Source: an uncultured Candidatus Rokubacteria bacterium (GTDB taxonomy: Bacteria; Methylomirabilota; Methylomirabilia; Rokubacteriales; CSP1-6). From it: a stretch of 26,748 nt of DNA. Location of the stretch: contig CAVVEU010000018.1 in NCBI GenBank assembly GCA_963747235.1, forward strand, positions 1 to 26,748. The letters are read 5' to 3'. Positions 24,149 through 26,748 of this stretch are shown here, in pieces. Every line of letters begins with the position of its first letter. Position 1 is the first letter of the stretch. The notes beneath the pieces were generated by a model that searched no databases, had not been told where the DNA came from, and saw nothing but the letters and a program-made list of their open reading frames with translations. Made by a program: the position numbers and the translations under genes.

Positions 24149-24792
24149 CGCAGGAGATGATCGCGTACTATGCCCAGCGCGCGGCCGAATACGAGCGCGT
24201 CTACGAGATGCCGCGGTGGCAGGACGACCTGGCGTGGATCCGCACGCGGCTGCCCGCCTTCTTCGCGGGCCGGCGCGTCTTCGAGGTGGCCTGCGGCACC
24301 GGCTACTGGACGCGCGTCGCGGCCGAGCGCGCGCAGCGCGTCCACGCGACCGACGTCAACGACGACACCCTCGCGCTCGCGCGCGCCAAGACCTACGCGG
24401 CTCCCGTCATCTTCGAGCGGCGCGACGCCTACGCGCCCGCCGCCGGGCCCGCGCGCCACGACGCGGGCCTCGCCGCCCTGTGGCTCTCCCACGTGGACCT
24501 GGCCCGAATGGACGCCTTCCTGCGCGCCTTCCACGGCCGCCTCGAGCCCGGCGCGGCCGTCTTCATGTTCGACGAGCGGGCCAGTCACGAGCGGCATACT
24601 CCACCGAGCCGCGTGGACGACGCGGGTAACCGGTACGAGATGCGCCGCCTTGCCAACGGCGAGCAGCGCTTCGAGATCGTCAAGAACCTCCTCGACCGCG
24701 ACGAGCTCACCCGTCGGCTCGCGCCGCACGCCACCGAGCTCGTGCACCGCGAGCTGCGCTGCTTCTGGGTGCTCGAATACCGCGTCGGCTGA
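24145..24792 (+). CDS. Class I SAM-dependent methyltransferase
   Basis: YYAQRAAEYERVY, EVACGTGYWT, WLSHV. GTGA overlap with metE. Confidence 0.9.
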   Translation: MTQEMIAYYAQRAAEYERVYEMPRWQDDLAWIRTRLPAFFAGRRVFEVACGTGYWTRVAAERAQRVHATDVNDDTLALARAKTYAAPVIFERRDAYAPAAGPARHDAGLAALWLSHVDLARMDAFLRAFHGRLEPGAAVFMFDERASHERHTPPSRVDDAGNRYEMRRLANGEQRFEIVKNLLDRDELTRRLAPHATELVHRELRCFWVLEYRVG

Positions 24793-25088
24793 TGCCGCGG
24801 CTCTTTGCCATCACGCGAACGCGAGGCCCGGCCTGGAAGGCCGAGCGCCCGATGGAAGAGCAGGCCGAATGGCGCGAGCACGCGGTCTTCATGAACGCGC
24901 TGCACCGTGACGGGTTCATCGTGCTCGGCGGGCCGCTCGACGGCACGCCCGACGTGCTCCTGATCGCGCGCGCGACCGACGAGGACGAGATCAGGGCGCG
25001 GCTTGCCGAGGATTGCTGGACCCGCAACGGCCTGCTGGCGATCAAGCAGATCGTTCCGTGGGCGGTACGCCTGGGCAACCTCGACTAG
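24792..25088 (+). CDS. YCII-related protein
   Basis: WREHAVFMNALHRDGFIVLGGPL...LAEDCW. TGATG coupling to the upstream gene. Confidence 0.75.
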   Translation: MPRLFAITRTRGPAWKAERPMEEQAEWREHAVFMNALHRDGFIVLGGPLDGTPDVLLIARATDEDEIRARLAEDCWTRNGLLAIKQIVPWAVRLGNLD

Positions 25089-26668
25089 GCGCGGCCCTTC
25101 GTCGTGAACTGGCGCTCGTAGAGGGCGCGCAGCTCCTCGAGCGTGGCGGCCTGGCCGGGGGCCTTGTCCTCCCGGAGGCGCGCGATGCGGGCGAAGCGCA
25201 GCGCGAGGCCGGAGGGGTAGGTCGGGCTCTTCTGGATCTCGTTGTACTCCACCTCGACGACCACCTCCGGACGCACCCGCACCGTGTAGCCGTCGTCCCC
25301 GATGCTCAGCGCCTGCAGCCGCTCGGTCATCAGGGTGAACTCGCGGTCGGTCAGCCCCTTGAAGGTCTTGCCCACCTCCGCCCAGTCCTCCCCGTCGCGC
25401 ACCGCCAGGTGGTAGTTCGAGAGCCAGCCCACGCGGCGGCCGGAGCCGCGATCCGCCGCGACGATCACGCAGTCCACGCTCTGCGCGGCCTTCAGCTTGA
25501 ACCAGCGCTTGCCGCGGCCGCCCGGCTCGTAGGCGCTGCGCGGGTCCTTGGCCATGACGCCCTCGTGGCCGGCGGCGAGGGCGCGGGCCATCAGCGCCTC
25601 GCCCTCCGCCGCGCTCGCGATCATCGCGCGCGCGGCGAGCCAGCGGCCGCCGGTCAGGCGCTCGAGCGCCTCCCGGCGCGCCGCATAGGGCTCGTCCAGC
25701 AGCGAGCGGCCGTCGGCCATCAGGCAGTCGAAGAGATGCAGCGTGAGCGGCAGCTCCGCGGCCGCCGCCTCCACACCGCGCACGCGGCGGAAGCGGCGCA
25801 TCAGCTCCTGGAAGGGCAGCGGGCGCCCGGCCGCGTCGAGGGCCACCACCTCGCCGTCCAGGATGAACGGGTCGCTTCCGAGATCGCGCCGCGCGATGGC
25901 CACGATGTCGGGCAGGCTCCGGGTGACGTCGGACATGCGGCGGCTCCAGATCGCCACGCGGTCGCCGTCGCGGTGGAGCTGGATGCGCGCGCCGTCGTAC
26001 TTGTACTCGATCGCGGAGGCGCCGCCATGGGCGGCCAGCGCCTCGCCCACGTCGCCCGCGATCTCGGCCAGCATCGGCAGCAGCGGCACGAACACGCGCG
26101 GCGCCGCGGCGGCCAGCGCCGCCGGCCCCTGCCCCAGCGCCAGCGCGGCCACCGTGGTGAGGTCGCCGGTCACCAGGGCCGCGCGGCGCACCGCCGCCGG
26201 CGCCACGCCGGCCGCCTCCGCGATGGCCTCCAGCACGAGCCCCTCGGAGAGGCCCATGCGCATCTCGCCGTAGATCACGCGCTGGAGGAGGTCGAGCTCC
26301 TCCGCCGACGCGCGCGCGGCCAGCTCGCCGAGCCGCGCATCCCGCACCTTCCGCGCCCCCGGCCCCGCCGCCGCAGCGACCGCGCCAAACGCCTCCGCCA
26401 CATCAGCCAGCGTCAGCTCCCCCCTCTCCCCTGTGGGGAGAGGGTAGGGTGAGGGGGTCGTCGCCCCCGGCGCGGGCAAGCCACGGACATTCAGCACGCG
26501 CGGATCCGAGGGCTGGAACGCGCGCCCGCTCAGATACGTGACGGCCAGGCGCAAGTCCTCAGGCGAGAGGCCGCGGAGGTACTCGGCAACCAGGCGTCGC
26601 TTCTCGAGCCGGCCCGGACTCGCGGCCACACGCGTGCGGAGAGCTGTGAGCTCGGCGAGCAATGCCAT
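25085..26668 (-). CDS. ATP-dependent DNA ligase (LigB/archaeal-like)
   Basis: EYKYDGARIQLH, ILDGEVV, FD, EGVMAK, WFKLK, ALRFAR..RLREDK. Start set at ATG 26668. Confidence 0.93.
   Translation of the reverse strand: MALLAELTALRTRVAASPGRLEKRRLVAEYLRGLSPEDLRLAVTYLSGRAFQPSDPRVLNVRGLPAPGATTPSPYPLPTGERGELTLADVAEAFGAVAAAAGPGARKVRDARLGELAARASAEELDLLQRVIYGEMRMGLSEGLVLEAIAEAAGVAPAAVRRAALVTGDLTTVAALALGQGPAALAAAAPRVFVPLLPMLAEIAGDVGEALAAHGGASAIEYKYDGARIQLHRDGDRVAIWSRRMSDVTRSLPDIVAIARRDLGSDPFILDGEVVALDAAGRPLPFQELMRRFRRVRGVEAAAAELPLTLHLFDCLMADGRSLLDEPYAARREALERLTGGRWLAARAMIASAAEGEALMARALAAGHEGVMAKDPRSAYEPGGRGKRWFKLKAAQSVDCVIVAADRGSGRRVGWLSNYHLAVRDGEDWAEVGKTFKGLTDREFTLMTERLQALSIGDDGYTVRVRPEVVVEVEYNEIQKSPTYPSGLALRFARIARLREDKAPGQAATLEELRALYERQFTTKGRA
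26422..26456 (-). repeat. REP-like palindromic repeat copy 2, inside the ligase CDS
   Basis: Minus strand CCCCTCACCCtaCCCTCTCCCC-aca-GGGGAGAGGG. Confidence 0.85.
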
Positions 26669-26702
26669 GCGCGCATTATCCCCCACGCCCCTCACCACCA
26701 CG

Positions 26703-26737
26703 CCCCTCACCCTGCCCTCTCCCCAGAGGGGAGAGGG
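26703..26737 (+). repeat. REP-like palindromic repeat copy 3
   Basis: CCCCTCACCCtgCCCTCTCCCC-aga-GGGGAGAGGG. Confidence 0.85.
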
Positions 26738-26748
26738 TTAGACCGGCA

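Noticed and set aside
19497-26452. Long alternative-frame ORFs (19497-21116, 21283-22716, 22982-24019, 25013-26452)
   Set aside because: They overlap recognisable genes in other frames or on the other strand; high-GC artefacts.
25085-26668. DNA ligase as part of the integron system
   Set aside because: It lies 6 kb away among backbone genes, and IntI recombination needs no dedicated ligase.

Overview
High-GC bacterial DNA in two parts. The repeated orphan ABC substrate-binding paralogues suggest Rokubacteria/Methylomirabilota, but that is inference. Positions ~1-19165 hold a chromosomal integron of inverted architecture: a full IntI tyrosine recombinase (18125-19165, minus) is followed at its 3' end, on the same strand, by an attI-like site (crossover G/TT at 17985/17984) and a long run of minus-strand genes. 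Near attI the genes are bounded by clear attC sites: NUDIX, proline iminopeptidase, PIN-like, GNAT, an inactivated toxin-antitoxin pair, a hypothetical, ABC substrate-binding proteins, VOC, SRPBCC and SnoaL-like. Further away the attC sites are truncated, mutated, split by a frameshifted IS3-family element, and finally absent, leaving tightly packed genes and gene relics. Positions ~19231-26748 look like host backbone: HExxH-DinB fusion, ankyrin protein, DUF3303, LLM oxidoreductase, HAD, lipoprotein, short MetE, methyltransferase, YCII-like protein and ATP-dependent DNA ligase. This part has REP-like palindromes (two inside CDSs) and several apparent leaderless promoters. All calls come from reading the sequence by eye; no database searches were run.
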